Below are positions 50,488 to 60,373 of a stretch of DNA of 64,000 bases, in pieces; position 1 is the first letter of the stretch, and every line of letters begins with the position of its first letter. The notes under the pieces are model-generated. The model was given only the letters and a program-made list of their open reading frames with translations, made no database searches and was not told the DNA's origin. Made by a program: the position numbers and the translations under genes. Source of the DNA: Candidatus Multivoradales bacterium (GTDB lineage Bacteria; Acidobacteriota; Thermoanaerobaculia; Multivoradales; J023); the NCBI GenBank assembly GCA_965248925.1, contig CBDFLE010000006.1, forward strand, positions 1,440,001-1,504,000, given 5' to 3'.

Positions 50488-51480
50488 TCAGCCGGCAGCG
50501 CCCACCACCATCGAACAATCCGCCGCTAACCATGGTTCGGGGTCCGAGAACTCGACTTCACCCGACCGCGCCGTCGAGAGTCGACTCGCCCTGCTCTCGA
50601 CAACCGACTCACCGCTCGTGGCCGCGACCTCGGCGCGGGTAAAGATGTCCAGAGCCAGGGCAACAACCTGGCGCCCGGCACGGCGAATCGAACCCAAATG
50701 CTCCGCGCCATCGATGATCGTGGAACTGCCACCGGCTAACTTCGCCAGCTGGCGAGTGTCCTCGGGGCGAACTCCGCGGTCTTCGCCACCGCTGACATAG
50801 GCCACTGCTTCGAGACCCAGGAATGGAGCGTGCGAGCGAGCATCGAGGTAGCGATAGGCACTGCCGAAAGCATGCTCAAAGAGCTTGTAGAACGGCCAAC
50901 CTCGAGGAGCCATGCGGTGTGACCATTCGAGCAGATGAGGAGGAACATCCTCGAACATCGCCCCCACGGCGAGGGGGGAACGTGACAAAGCGGCATGCGC
51001 CCAATAGCCACCAGCACTAACCCCCCACAGGTGCAGCGGCAAGTCACCGGCGTAGTCGCGCAGCCAAAGCAACCCATCGGCAATATCGCGGTCGAAAAAG
51101 CCGCGGACCGGAGAGCTGCTGCCAAAACCGCTCAAGTCAAAGCTCAGCACATGGTACCCGGCCTGGCGGAGGGCCTGAATCCGACCGCGGGTGTGAAAAT
51201 AGGCTTTGCCCCAGGGTCGCCATGGATGTACCAACAGCACCGCACCCCGAGGTGCCGACGCCGGGAACAGCCGCGCCGCCAGACCACCACCCCGGCCCCG
51301 GCGGGCGATCTGAAAATCACAGTAGGGCCCCAGATGTGGCGGCGCTGGAGACTGCTCCTGACAGCCTAGACGCGGCGAAAGGGCCAAGAAAAGCCGGTTG
51401 GCGACAGTCTCTATGCGCCGCGAAGGACGGCTGGGAGGCAATAGCTCGGAGTTTCCCAGAGGTTGGGCTCGATCACTCAT
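50488..51480 (-). CDS. Alpha/beta hydrolase
   Basis: FDLSGFGSS, WGVSAGG nucleophile elbow, GGED, GAEHL; GGAGG before ATG 51480. Confidence 0.82.
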   Translation of the reverse strand: MSDRAQPLGNSELLPPSRPSRRIETVANRLFLALSPRLGCQEQSPAPPHLGPYCDFQIARRGRGGGLAARLFPASAPRGAVLLVHPWRPWGKAYFHTRGRIQALRQAGYHVLSFDLSGFGSSSPVRGFFDRDIADGLLWLRDYAGDLPLHLWGVSAGGYWAHAALSRSPLAVGAMFEDVPPHLLEWSHRMAPRGWPFYKLFEHAFGSAYRYLDARSHAPFLGLEAVAYVSGGEDRGVRPEDTRQLAKLAGGSSTIIDGAEHLGSIRRAGRQVVALALDIFTRAEVAATSGESVVESRASRLSTARSGEVEFSDPEPWLAADCSMVVGAAG

Positions 51481-51643
51481 CTTGTGGCCTCCAAGGCCAG
51501 AGATCCTAGGGACCCGCCGGCAAACAGGCAGGATGCTTGGGACCCTCCACGGAGCACATGGTAGATAGCAGTCGACCAGCGACCGACAGAGACCCAAGAC
51601 ACAGCAAGAGGCGGGTCATGGCGGGTTCTGGGAAAGTGAACAT

Positions 51644-51660
51644 CGCAACACGCATGCCAA
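51644..51660 (-). promoter_or_regulatory. Putative sigma-54 promoter of the hydrolase gene
   Basis: Minus strand TTGGCATGCGTGTTGCG, near-consensus TGGCACG-N4-TTGC. Confidence 0.65.
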
Positions 51661-51904
51661 GTTTAGGTCTCACTCAGCTTCTTAGGGCGGTTAGACTAGA
51701 GTGAGGTAAACCCTTTGTACACAGCAAGTTAGCAATCAGTTATCAAAGCCAGACAAAAGGCCTCGCGAACCACCGCCTACCAAGAGGGCTTTTCGCCTTG
51801 AGCACAAGAATCGGTTGGCCCCGACCGCCAACGTAGTGGGCACAGCGGCCAACATTTCCTCTACCAAGCAGTAGATCTCGAATACGCAAATGCGCATACC
51901 ATCC

Positions 51905-51933
51905 TTGACAAGCCTCGCTGCCGGAACTACGCT
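51905..51933 (+). promoter_or_regulatory. Sigma-70 promoter of the proBA leader
   Basis: TTGACA-17 nt-TACGCT; predicted +1 falls at about 51940-51941. Confidence 0.7.
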
Positions 51934-51940
51934 GGAGACC

Positions 51941-52051
51941 ATGAACGGCCTCCTCCTCACCACCTCGCACCTTCGCCTGCCGCTGGATCGCGGTCGTCGC
52001 CGCCCCTGCCTCTGCCGCAGTCCACGATGCCCGAGGCCGGGAGGACCGTAG
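51941..52051 (+). CDS. Putative 36-aa attenuator leader peptide MNGLLLTTSHLRLPLDRGRRRPCLCRSPRCPRPGGP
   Basis: ATG at the predicted TSS; stop 28 nt before a terminator; below the ORF-track size cutoff. Confidence 0.6.
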   Translation: MNGLLLTTSHLRLPLDRGRRRPCLCRSPRCPRPGGP

Positions 52052-52079
52052 ACGCGCCACATCTGCTAGCGTCGACCAG

Positions 52080-52115
52080 AACCCCCGGCCAGCTCCAAGC
52101 TGACGGGGGTTTTTT
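52080..52115 (+). terminator. Intrinsic terminator (attenuator) upstream of proB
   Basis: AACCCCCG-GC-CAGC-TCCAA-GCTG-A-CGGGGG followed by T6, 35 nt before the proB ATG. Confidence 0.85.
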
Positions 52116-52150
52116 GCTTCTGCAATGTCCGAACACAGAAAGACCTCACC

Positions 52151-53356
52151 ATGCGCAACTCCCACACCAAGACCGCTATCGCCGCCGCCGGCACCGCTCC
52201 CCAACCGGCCCGGCCGGCAGTAGCGGCGGCGCAGAGGATCGTCATCAAGCTCGGCAGTCGGGTGTTGACCAACGACGACGGCAGCCTGGCGCAGCAACGT
52301 ATGCGCGCCGTGGTGGCAACCGCCGCCGCGCTGCGCCACAGCGGTCGCCAGGTGTTGTTGGTGAGCTCGGGAGCCGTGTCCCTGGGCCGCGCTGAGTTGG
52401 GACTCGATCGCCTGCCTCCCAATCGCGGTCTGCGGCAAGCCTGTGCTGCGGTCGGACAGACCCGCTTGACCACCTTCTACCAACGGGTCAGTAGCCCTTT
52501 CGGCCTCAGCTGCGGCCAGCTCCTGGTCAGCCACCGCGATCTCAACGACCGCCAGCGAGCGCTGAATCTGCGTCGCATCCTCGATGCCCTGCTGGACCAG
52601 GGAGTGCTGCCGGTGCTGAACGAGAACGATGCCTTGGGCGACGACAGCGAGCCCGAAGCCACCCCCGCCTTCACCGACAACGATCGCCTGGCGGCCTTGG
52701 TAGCCAGCGAGGTTGCGGCCGACCTGCTGCTGCTGTTGACCGATGTCGAGGGTCTCTACGATCGCAACCCCAAGACCGACTCCACGGCGCGACTGCTGAG
52801 CCGCATCGATGATCTCGACGCTCTGCCACAGGTCGATCCTGAGCCTGGATCGGCCCTCGGTCGGGGCGGCATGCAGAGCAAGGTCGAAGCAGCGCGACTC
52901 GCTTGCCTGGGCGGCTGCCAGACGGTAATCGCCAACGGCCTGCGGGCCGGTGGTCTGTCGCAAGCGGTGGCCGGTGATGAGATCGGCACCTGGTTAGCAG
53001 CCAGTGGCTGGCTGGGGGCGCGCAAGCGTTGGATCGGTCTGACCGCGCCGTCTCGCGGCGCCCTCTACCTGGACGCTGGCGCGGTCGAGGCGCTGTGCGC
53101 ACACAACGCTTCCTTGCTGAGCGCTGGGGTCGAGCGCATCACCGGCCGCTTTCGCAGTGGCGATGTGGTCGAGCTGCGCTCTGCCGATGATCAGCTGATC
53201 GGCCGCGCCTTGGTGCGGCTGAACTCGACCGCCGCTCGCCGCCGCTGTGCCACAAGCAATCGTGCCGTCAGCAGCGCTGCCGTCAGTAGCCGTGCCGCCA
53301 GCGGCGGTGATCCAACCCTAATTTCGCGCACCGATATCGTGCTTCCCCCCAGCTGA
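52151..53356 (+). CDS. proB: Glutamate 5-kinase with PUA domain
   Basis: IVIKLGSRVL, VSSGAV, AAVGQ, LNENDA, DNDRLAA, GRGGMQSKV. Confidence 0.96.
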   Translation: MRNSHTKTAIAAAGTAPQPARPAVAAAQRIVIKLGSRVLTNDDGSLAQQRMRAVVATAAALRHSGRQVLLVSSGAVSLGRAELGLDRLPPNRGLRQACAAVGQTRLTTFYQRVSSPFGLSCGQLLVSHRDLNDRQRALNLRRILDALLDQGVLPVLNENDALGDDSEPEATPAFTDNDRLAALVASEVAADLLLLLTDVEGLYDRNPKTDSTARLLSRIDDLDALPQVDPEPGSALGRGGMQSKVEAARLACLGGCQTVIANGLRAGGLSQAVAGDEIGTWLAASGWLGARKRWIGLTAPSRGALYLDAGAVEALCAHNASLLSAGVERITGRFRSGDVVELRSADDQLIGRALVRLNSTAARRRCATSNRAVSSAAVSSRAASGGDPTLISRTDIVLPPS

Positions 53357-53370
53357 AGGAGTGCCCTGCA

Positions 53371-54660
53371 ATGAAACTGGATCTAGCGCCCCTTGCTCAC
53401 CAAGTCCGTCAAGCTCAGCGCCAGCTCGCCAGCGCTCCGGGCAGCCAACGTTCGCAACTCTTGTGGAATCTCGCCACCCTGCTCGAGGAGCGCCGAGAAG
53501 AACTGCTGGCGGCCAACCGTCTGGACCTTGAAGCCGCCCGCCGAGACGGCCTGGCCCCCCCCCTACTACGCCGACTGGAGCTAACCCCGGCAAAAATCGC
53601 GACTCTCTGCCAAGGCGCCCGCCAACTCGCCGAACAAGGCGATCCTCTGGGCCAGGTGCTGCGCCGCACCGAACTCGATGACGGCCTTGAACTCACCCAA
53701 GTGCGCAGTCCCATCGGCGTGCTCTTGATCATCTTCGAGAGCCGCCCGGACGTGGTCATTCAGATCGGTTCCCTGGCCCTGCGCAGCGGCAATGGCGTCT
53801 TGCTCAAAGGAGGTTCGGAAGCCACTCAATCGAACCGCCTACTGGCTCAATGCCTGGCCGATGTGCTGGCCAGTGAAGATCTGCCAGGGGCGGCCGTCAG
53901 CCTGGTCGAAGGACGCCAGGCGGTGCACCAGCTACTCGAACTTGACTCGCTGATCGATCTGGTGATTCCGCGCGGCTCTGGAGAGCTGGTGCGATCGATC
54001 CAAAACGCTACTCGCATCCCGGTTTTGGGTCACGCTGAAGGCATCTGCCACCTCTATGTCGACGTCGACGCCGATCCACGGATGGCGACACACTTGGCGG
54101 TGGACGGCAAATGTGGCTATCCGGCGGCCTGCAACGCCACCGAGACCCTGCTGGTGCACGAGGACTTCCTCCCCCGGCTGCCCGCGGTGGGCCGAGCCTT
54201 GCTCGAAGCCGGGGTCGTGCTGCGTGCCGACGCCCGTGCCCGTGCCCACCTGAGCGCCGTCGAGCCCGCCAGCAGCAACGACTGGCAGACCGAGTGGGGT
54301 GGGCTTACCCTGGGGATCAAGACCGTCGCCAACTTGGCCGCGGCGGTCGACCACATCCACCGCTACGGCAGCGCCCACACCGAATCGATCGTTACAGACA
54401 ACGCCGCCACGGCAGAGAGCTTTCTACGCCAAGTCGACGCCGCCTCAGTGTTTCACAACGCCAGCACCCGCTTTGCCGACGGCTATCGCTACGGCCTCGG
54501 CGCCGAGGTGGGTATCTCTACCGGTCGCATTCACGCTCGCGGACCGGTTGGCGCCGAGGGCCTGCTGACCACTCGCTGGCTGCTGCGCGGCAGCGGCCAA
54601 GCGGCGGCGGACTATGGCGCCGGCAAACGGGCCTTCAAGCACCGCGTCCTCCCCAACTGA
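53371..54660 (+). CDS. proA: Gamma-glutamyl phosphate reductase
   Basis: FESRP, LKGGSEA, IPRG, ACNATETLLVH, NASTRFADG, GAEVGISTGRIHARGPVG. Confidence 0.97.
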   Translation: MKLDLAPLAHQVRQAQRQLASAPGSQRSQLLWNLATLLEERREELLAANRLDLEAARRDGLAPPLLRRLELTPAKIATLCQGARQLAEQGDPLGQVLRRTELDDGLELTQVRSPIGVLLIIFESRPDVVIQIGSLALRSGNGVLLKGGSEATQSNRLLAQCLADVLASEDLPGAAVSLVEGRQAVHQLLELDSLIDLVIPRGSGELVRSIQNATRIPVLGHAEGICHLYVDVDADPRMATHLAVDGKCGYPAACNATETLLVHEDFLPRLPAVGRALLEAGVVLRADARARAHLSAVEPASSNDWQTEWGGLTLGIKTVANLAAAVDHIHRYGSAHTESIVTDNAATAESFLRQVDAASVFHNASTRFADGYRYGLGAEVGISTGRIHARGPVGAEGLLTTRWLLRGSGQAAADYGAGKRAFKHRVLPN

Positions 54661-54773
54661 GGCAGCGGTCTGGCAAGGGCAGAGGCCCATTGCTACCGCC
54701 AAGGCCGCGGTCCATCCCAAGTGGCCGACGTCGGCCCACTTGTCGCCGTAGGTAGCTGCAAGGAGGATGATCC

Positions 54774-56219
54774 TTGCGCGTCAGAAGTTCTGCTCTCACC
54801 TGGTCCCTCAGCGCCGTGCTCTGCTGGCTGGGCGGCTGCGCCCAGGAGACGGCCCAGTTGCAGCCCGTGGCGCTGCCAGCGATGGAACAGATCCACCCAG
54901 CGATCGCGAGCCAACTGCGTCGCTGGCACGCCGCACTGCCGACGGACGACTATCGGAGCAACCCCGCTCCCCAGGATGGAGCCTATGGCGAGTTCGGCCA
55001 ACGCCTGGCCGCCTATGGCTTTCTCGAAGCCGCCGCTAGCGCCTTTCTCAACGCCGCCGCCCTCGACCCGAGCGACGGCCGCTGGCCTCACTACCAGGGG
55101 ATTGTCAGTTTTGAGAGCGGCAATCTCGAAGCCGCCGCCAGCTACTTCCGGCGCTCCACCCACAGCAGTCCCGAAGACAGCTGGCGCTGGCTGCACCTGG
55201 GCAGCGTGCTGCTCGAACTTGATCAGTTAGCAGCCGCCGAAGTGGCCCTGCGGCGGGCCCTCCTGCTGGCTCCTGAAGATGCCGCCGCCCACGAACGCCT
55301 TGGGCGCCTGGCAAGCCGCCATGAAGACTCCGCGGAGGCGGTACGGCGCTTCACTCGCACTCTGGAATTGCAGCCAGAAGCCAGCGCCGTCCACTACGCC
55401 CTGGGCCGCGCCCTGCTGCACCAAGGTCAGGAGCAGCTGGCTCGCCAGCACCTTAAGCGGCGCGGAGAACGGGAGGTGCGGTGGGCTGATCCGCTGCTGG
55501 CAGAACTCGGCGACCTCATCCACCGCACTGTCTTCGAAGTCATCGCGGCACAGATCTCAGAACCCCAGGCGCGCTTCGATGCCGCCGCCACTCTCGATTT
55601 CGCGCTCGACCATCTGGCCGGGGTCAACGGCGCGGGAGCCAAAATCGCCGATTGGCTGGAGCGCGAGAAGAGCTACCTGGGAGACACTTTCCGTGGCCGC
55701 TTGCAGCTGGTGGTGGGCGCCCTGCAAGCCGCTCAGGGCAACGACACCCAAGCCTTGGTCCACCTCGAGCAAGCGGTTCAGCTACAACCTGAGCTAGTGG
55801 CCGCCAGACTTCGCCTGGCTCGGCTACTAGTACGCGCCGGCCACTCCGAGGCCGCTTTCGAGCACTACACTCACCTTATCCAGAGCGATCCCGAGCAGCG
55901 GGAAGCCCGCCTACAACGCGCCACCCTATGGGTTTGGGCCCGACGCTTCGACGAAGCGCTGTTCGACCTCGAATACGCTTCCAGCCGGCGACCGAAGGAC
56001 GCTGAGATCGTGGTCCGCTTGGCGGCAACCCACAGACTCGCCGGCGACCGTCGCGGGTACTTGCGCGAACGGCGGCGCCTCGACGATCTGCGACTCGACG
56101 CCACTGCCCGCCGCAACTGGTACTTGGCGCTGGCGAGCAGTCTCGAAGCCGGCGGCTGGTTGGAAGACGCCGCCGAAGTCCGCCATGCGGCCACTCCTCT
56201 CACCGCCAGCGCACCTTGA
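54774..56219 (+). CDS. TPR-repeat lipoprotein
   Basis: LGGC lipobox; multiple TPR units. Confidence 0.8.
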   Translation: MRVRSSALTWSLSAVLCWLGGCAQETAQLQPVALPAMEQIHPAIASQLRRWHAALPTDDYRSNPAPQDGAYGEFGQRLAAYGFLEAAASAFLNAAALDPSDGRWPHYQGIVSFESGNLEAAASYFRRSTHSSPEDSWRWLHLGSVLLELDQLAAAEVALRRALLLAPEDAAAHERLGRLASRHEDSAEAVRRFTRTLELQPEASAVHYALGRALLHQGQEQLARQHLKRRGEREVRWADPLLAELGDLIHRTVFEVIAAQISEPQARFDAAATLDFALDHLAGVNGAGAKIADWLEREKSYLGDTFRGRLQLVVGALQAAQGNDTQALVHLEQAVQLQPELVAARLRLARLLVRAGHSEAAFEHYTHLIQSDPEQREARLQRATLWVWARRFDEALFDLEYASSRRPKDAEIVVRLAATHRLAGDRRGYLRERRRLDDLRLDATARRNWYLALASSLEAGGWLEDAAEVRHAATPLTASAP

Positions 56220-56438
56220 CATCAAGCGGATCGCTCGGCGTTGGTCCACTTTTCTGAATTTTATCCAGCAAAGTTAATCTCCAGCGGCATCCGCGCCGCT
56301 AACAGTCCTCCAGCCTATCCCCTGGCCACCACCAGTCATCCCCCGGCCGACCCGTTCGACCCAGCTAGACGTGCGTTCCCGGCAGCCGAGAGGCAGCTCG
56401 TCACCGGCACGGCGATTCGATCCCACTATCACCGTTCT

Positions 56439-56454
56439 GGGAACAAGGCTTGCT
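56439..56454 (+). promoter_or_regulatory. Possible sigma-54 promoter of the TonB receptor gene
   Basis: GGGAACAAGGCTTGCT (GG-N10-GC), about 65 nt upstream of the ATG. Confidence 0.4.
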
Positions 56455-56520
56455 ATTAGAGATCGGTGACGCACCGCACCAAGGTGCTAGCCGAGGGGGG
56501 TTACGACACCAGGAGGACCC

Positions 56521-59448
56521 ATGACTAGTTTCCCGAAAAAGATACTCGCTATTCTCGTTCTAAGTCAGCTAATAGTGCTTTGCGCATTCGCCCAAGGCAA
56601 TCCTAGCGGCAAGGTCAGTGGCCGCATAACATCCGCTGGCGAGGCCATTCCAGGAGTCCGCATCTCGATCGAGTCCGACAGTCTGCTGCAACCGCGACAG
56701 GTCTTCAGCCAGGCCGGCGGTGATTACCTTGTCAACGCCCTACCGCCCGGCACCTACCGCCTGACCTTCCATCTCGAGGGGTTCGACCCGGCAACACGCC
56801 AAACAGCGGTATCGATTGCCCAGACTACCTATCTGGATGTCGATCTCGACGCTCCTGAGTTCGCCGACATTGTCGACGTGGTCGCAGACTCAACCAAGAT
56901 TTCAGAATCGGCCACTGCCTCCACCACCCTCACCCAAGACTTCATCGACAAGCTGCCGACCGGCCGCAGCATCAACTCCATCGTCACTCTGGCGCCGGGC
57001 ACGGCCAACACCGGACCGAGCAACAATCTGTCGATCTCGGGTGCACAGTCATTCGACAACCTTTACTTGATCAACGGCGTACCAGTGATGGAGAATCTGC
57101 GCGGCCAGGCTTCGACCCTGTTTATCGAAGACGCCATCGCGGAAACCACCGTGTCGTCCGCCGGCGTCTCCGCCGAGTACAGTCGCTTTACCGGCGGGGT
57201 CATCAACACGGTGACCAAGTCAGGTGGCAATCAGCTTTCGGGATCGCTGCGCAGCAGCATCACGAATGACGATTGGACCTCGGTGTCACCGTTCGGAGAG
57301 ACCCGACTCGACGACATCAATCAGCGCTACGAAGCCACCCTCGGCGGCCGCTTGATCAAAGATCGGATATGGTTCTTCGCTGCCGCTCGCAGTGTCGACA
57401 ACTCCGTCGGCGGCTCAACCTCTTTCAGTAACATACCGTTTGACACTTCGCAGGAGGAAAGCCGAATAGAAGGCAAACTGACGGCCTCGATCACCGCCAG
57501 CCATGAAGTGCAGCTGAGCGTATTGGAGATCGAGGACGACCGCACAGGAAACGTGCAGGGGGCGGCCCTCGATCTCGGCGCGGTCAACGACAACGTCAGC
57601 TTTCCGGAGGAGTCCTTCGCCGCTCACTACACCGGCATCCTGACCGACAAGTTGTTGATCGAGGCGCAGTATTCCGAACGCTCGTTACAGTTCAATGGCA
57701 TCGGCGGCCTCGACAGCAACTTGCTCACCGGCACTCCCTTCCGCGACGCATCACGGGGGGCGGCGGTCTACCACCAACCGCTCTTCTGTGGCAACTGCCC
57801 CAATCCGACCACTCGCGAGACGGAGCACGCTATCGTCAAGGGCTCACTCTTCCTACCGACAGAAAAGACCGGATCCCATGACCTGATCTTCGGCATAGAC
57901 ACCTTCAACGACATCATTTCCGGCGACAATGTTCAGTCAGCCACCAACTTCGCGATCTGGTCGAGCAATGTGATCATTCGCGGTAGCGATGTTTTCCCAG
58001 TGCTGATTCCCGGCGCCAACGCCTTCATCCTCTCCCGCCCGATTCTCGAATCGAGCCTCGGCACCGATTTTGTCTCCAACGGTCTCTATGTCAACGATAC
58101 CTGGCGCTACGACGATCGCTGGAGCTTCAATCTCGGTCTGCGCTTCGACCAGAACGATGGGGTTGATTCGGCAGGGAATGCGATTGCTGACGACAGCTAC
58201 ATCAGCCCCCGCCTCGGTGCGTCCTATGACTGGAAAGGCGACGGCTCGCTGCTGCTGCGGGCCACCACCGGCCGCTATGTCACGCGCCTGGCCAATGGCG
58301 TCGCCAATGGTGGCTCAGCGGCGGGCCGGCCGGCCTTCTTTGGTTGGAGCTACTTCGGGCCGGGGATCAATCTGGATCCCAACACTGCCGACCCGGTCAC
58401 CGCCGAGGAAGCCTTGACGATCATTTTCAATTGGTTCGATTCGATCGGCGGGGTGAACGCCTTCGCCGACCTCGGCACCAACATTCCGGGTGCTACCAGC
58501 CGCATCGATGGTTCCCTCGACTCACCCAACGTCGAGGAATTCACCCTCGGATTCACCCAGCGCCTGGGCAGCCGAGGCTTGGTGCGCGCCGACTACATCC
58601 GGCGAGAGTTTGGCAACTTCTACTTCCAGCGCACCGACACCAGCACCGGTACCATCGTCGATCCAAATGGGGTAACTCAGGACCTCACTCTGATCCAGAA
58701 CGACGACTCGGTCCTCGAGCGGGTTTATGACGGATTGCAGACCTCGTTCCGCTATCGCCTCAATTCGCGCTGGGACGTGGGTGGCAACTGGACCTGGTCC
58801 CACGCCCGCGGCAACTTCAACGGCGAAACGGTCCGTACCGGCCCGGTCTCCGGCACCGTCGGTCAGTACCCGGAATTCAAGGCTTTCGCGCAGAACAACC
58901 CGCGCCGCGACTTGAGCATTGATCGCCGTCACACGGCCCGTGCCTGGCTGCTCTTCGACGCTATCCAGACCGAGCACCACAGTCTCGACATCAGCTTGTT
59001 GCAGAGCTTCTTCTCCGGCACCCCTTACGGTGCCGCGGGGGGCGTTGATTCCTCACCTTTCGTCGATGATCCGGGGTACCAGTCGCCACCTGGCTCAAAT
59101 GGCGTGACCTATTGGTTCACCGCCCCGAATGCCTTCAAGACCGACGACATCAGCCGCACCGATCTGACCCTCAACTACAGCTTCGGCTGGACCCTGGGGG
59201 GTAAAGCACTAGAGATCTTCGTGCAGCCCGAGGTCATCAACGTATTCGATGCCGACGGGGTTACTGGGGTCAACACCTTCGTCCAAGACGCCACCTCCGC
59301 CGCCGGTTTCGAGGCCTTCAACCCCTTCACCGACACCCCGATCCAAGGCGTTCATTGGGACTTCGGATCGACCTTTGGCCAACCCACGAACTCCACTAGC
59401 TACCAAACGCCGCGGACCTTCCGGATGTCGGTCGGCCTGCGCTTCTAA
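56521..59448 (+). CDS. TonB-dependent outer-membrane receptor (Oar-like, N-terminal carboxypeptidase-regulatory-like domain)
   Basis: AGGAGG RBS, signal peptide, LPPGTYRL, SAEYSRFTGGVINTVTKSGGN, C-terminal PRTFRMSVGLRF. Confidence 0.93.
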   Translation: MTSFPKKILAILVLSQLIVLCAFAQGNPSGKVSGRITSAGEAIPGVRISIESDSLLQPRQVFSQAGGDYLVNALPPGTYRLTFHLEGFDPATRQTAVSIAQTTYLDVDLDAPEFADIVDVVADSTKISESATASTTLTQDFIDKLPTGRSINSIVTLAPGTANTGPSNNLSISGAQSFDNLYLINGVPVMENLRGQASTLFIEDAIAETTVSSAGVSAEYSRFTGGVINTVTKSGGNQLSGSLRSSITNDDWTSVSPFGETRLDDINQRYEATLGGRLIKDRIWFFAAARSVDNSVGGSTSFSNIPFDTSQEESRIEGKLTASITASHEVQLSVLEIEDDRTGNVQGAALDLGAVNDNVSFPEESFAAHYTGILTDKLLIEAQYSERSLQFNGIGGLDSNLLTGTPFRDASRGAAVYHQPLFCGNCPNPTTRETEHAIVKGSLFLPTEKTGSHDLIFGIDTFNDIISGDNVQSATNFAIWSSNVIIRGSDVFPVLIPGANAFILSRPILESSLGTDFVSNGLYVNDTWRYDDRWSFNLGLRFDQNDGVDSAGNAIADDSYISPRLGASYDWKGDGSLLLRATTGRYVTRLANGVANGGSAAGRPAFFGWSYFGPGINLDPNTADPVTAEEALTIIFNWFDSIGGVNAFADLGTNIPGATSRIDGSLDSPNVEEFTLGFTQRLGSRGLVRADYIRREFGNFYFQRTDTSTGTIVDPNGVTQDLTLIQNDDSVLERVYDGLQTSFRYRLNSRWDVGGNWTWSHARGNFNGETVRTGPVSGTVGQYPEFKAFAQNNPRRDLSIDRRHTARAWLLFDAIQTEHHSLDISLLQSFFSGTPYGAAGGVDSSPFVDDPGYQSPPGSNGVTYWFTAPNAFKTDDISRTDLTLNYSFGWTLGGKALEIFVQPEVINVFDADGVTGVNTFVQDATSAAGFEAFNPFTDTPIQGVHWDFGSTFGQPTNSTSYQTPRTFRMSVGLRF

Positions 59449-59643
59449 CTCACCCCCAGCGGCCCCGGACCTCGACTCTCCCGGGCCGCTCCTTCCCCCC
59501 GGCTTTGCCGGATTTCGCCCTTCTTCTTCTCTTCCATCAAGGCGGCCAACGGGCCGCCATTTTTCTTTTGCTCGAGAGCCTGGCTGCACATGAGGTCAGA
59601 AACCCGCTAAGATAGACATCTAGATAGCCACCTGGAGAGCCTT

Positions 59644-59919
59644 ATGTCCAAGCAATACTCGATAGCCACTGCCCGCAACAACCTGCCCGCACTGGTTCAC
59701 GCGGTGGAAAACGGACCGCCGCTAGAACTGACCCGCCGTGGAAGACCGGTCGCGGTGCTGCTGTCCTGCTCCGATTACGAGAAGCTGAAGCGCGGCAAGT
59801 CAGATTTGTGGGAAGCCATTGAAGATTTTCGCCGTAGCGCGGATCTAGCCCTCCTCGACATCGACCAGGCCTACGCCGGGGTGCGTGATCCAGCACCGGG
59901 CCGTGAACCCGAGCTATAA
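59644..59919 (+). CDS. Phd/YefM-family antitoxin
   Basis: YSIATARNNLPALV..LTRRGRPVAVLLS. Confidence 0.9.
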   Translation: MSKQYSIATARNNLPALVHAVENGPPLELTRRGRPVAVLLSCSDYEKLKRGKSDLWEAIEDFRRSADLALLDIDQAYAGVRDPAPGREPEL

Positions 59920-59921
59920 CG

Positions 59922-60356
59922 GTGCGCTACCTGCTCGACACCAACGTGCTGTCCGAGCCGGCAAAGCCCGAGCCAAATGTGGCGCTCATGCAGCGGCTTG
60001 CACGCCACCGCAACGAAGTCTGCACCGCCACGTTGGTGTGGCACGAGCTGCTCTACGGCTGCCACCGCTTGCCACCCTCGAAGCGACGCGAGCAGCTCAG
60101 CGCCTATCTGCACGACTGGCTCGAGCCCTCGCTGGTTGTCTTACCGTACGACACTCCCGCCGCCGAGTGGCATGCAGAGCAGCGGGCGCGCTTGAGCCGG
60201 ATTGGCAAGACCCCGGCTTTCATCGACGGTCAGATAGCGGCCGTAGCACGGGTTCATGACCTCGTTGTGGTGACTAGCAACGTGTCCGACTTTCGGGATT
60301 TTAGCGGGCTCGCGGTAGAAGACTGGCGCCAGCAAAGTCGCGGAGCAACCTGCTGA
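59922..60356 (+). CDS. vapC: VapC/PIN-domain toxin
   Basis: YLLDTNVLSE, HELLYG, DGQIAA, VTSNVSDF. Confidence 0.93.
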   Translation: MRYLLDTNVLSEPAKPEPNVALMQRLARHRNEVCTATLVWHELLYGCHRLPPSKRREQLSAYLHDWLEPSLVVLPYDTPAAEWHAEQRARLSRIGKTPAFIDGQIAAVARVHDLVVVTSNVSDFRDFSGLAVEDWRQQSRGATC

Positions 60357-60373
60357 CCCGAGCTTGATCGTCG

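Noticed and set aside
51506-51619. 37-aa minus-strand ORF MTRLLLCLGS.. behind the sigma-54 site
   Set aside because: No RBS or recognisable motif; it cannot be distinguished from chance.
51941-52115. T-box riboswitch upstream of proB
   Set aside because: No T-box consensus (GGTGGNACCGCG) and the leader is short for stem I; the uORF model fits better.
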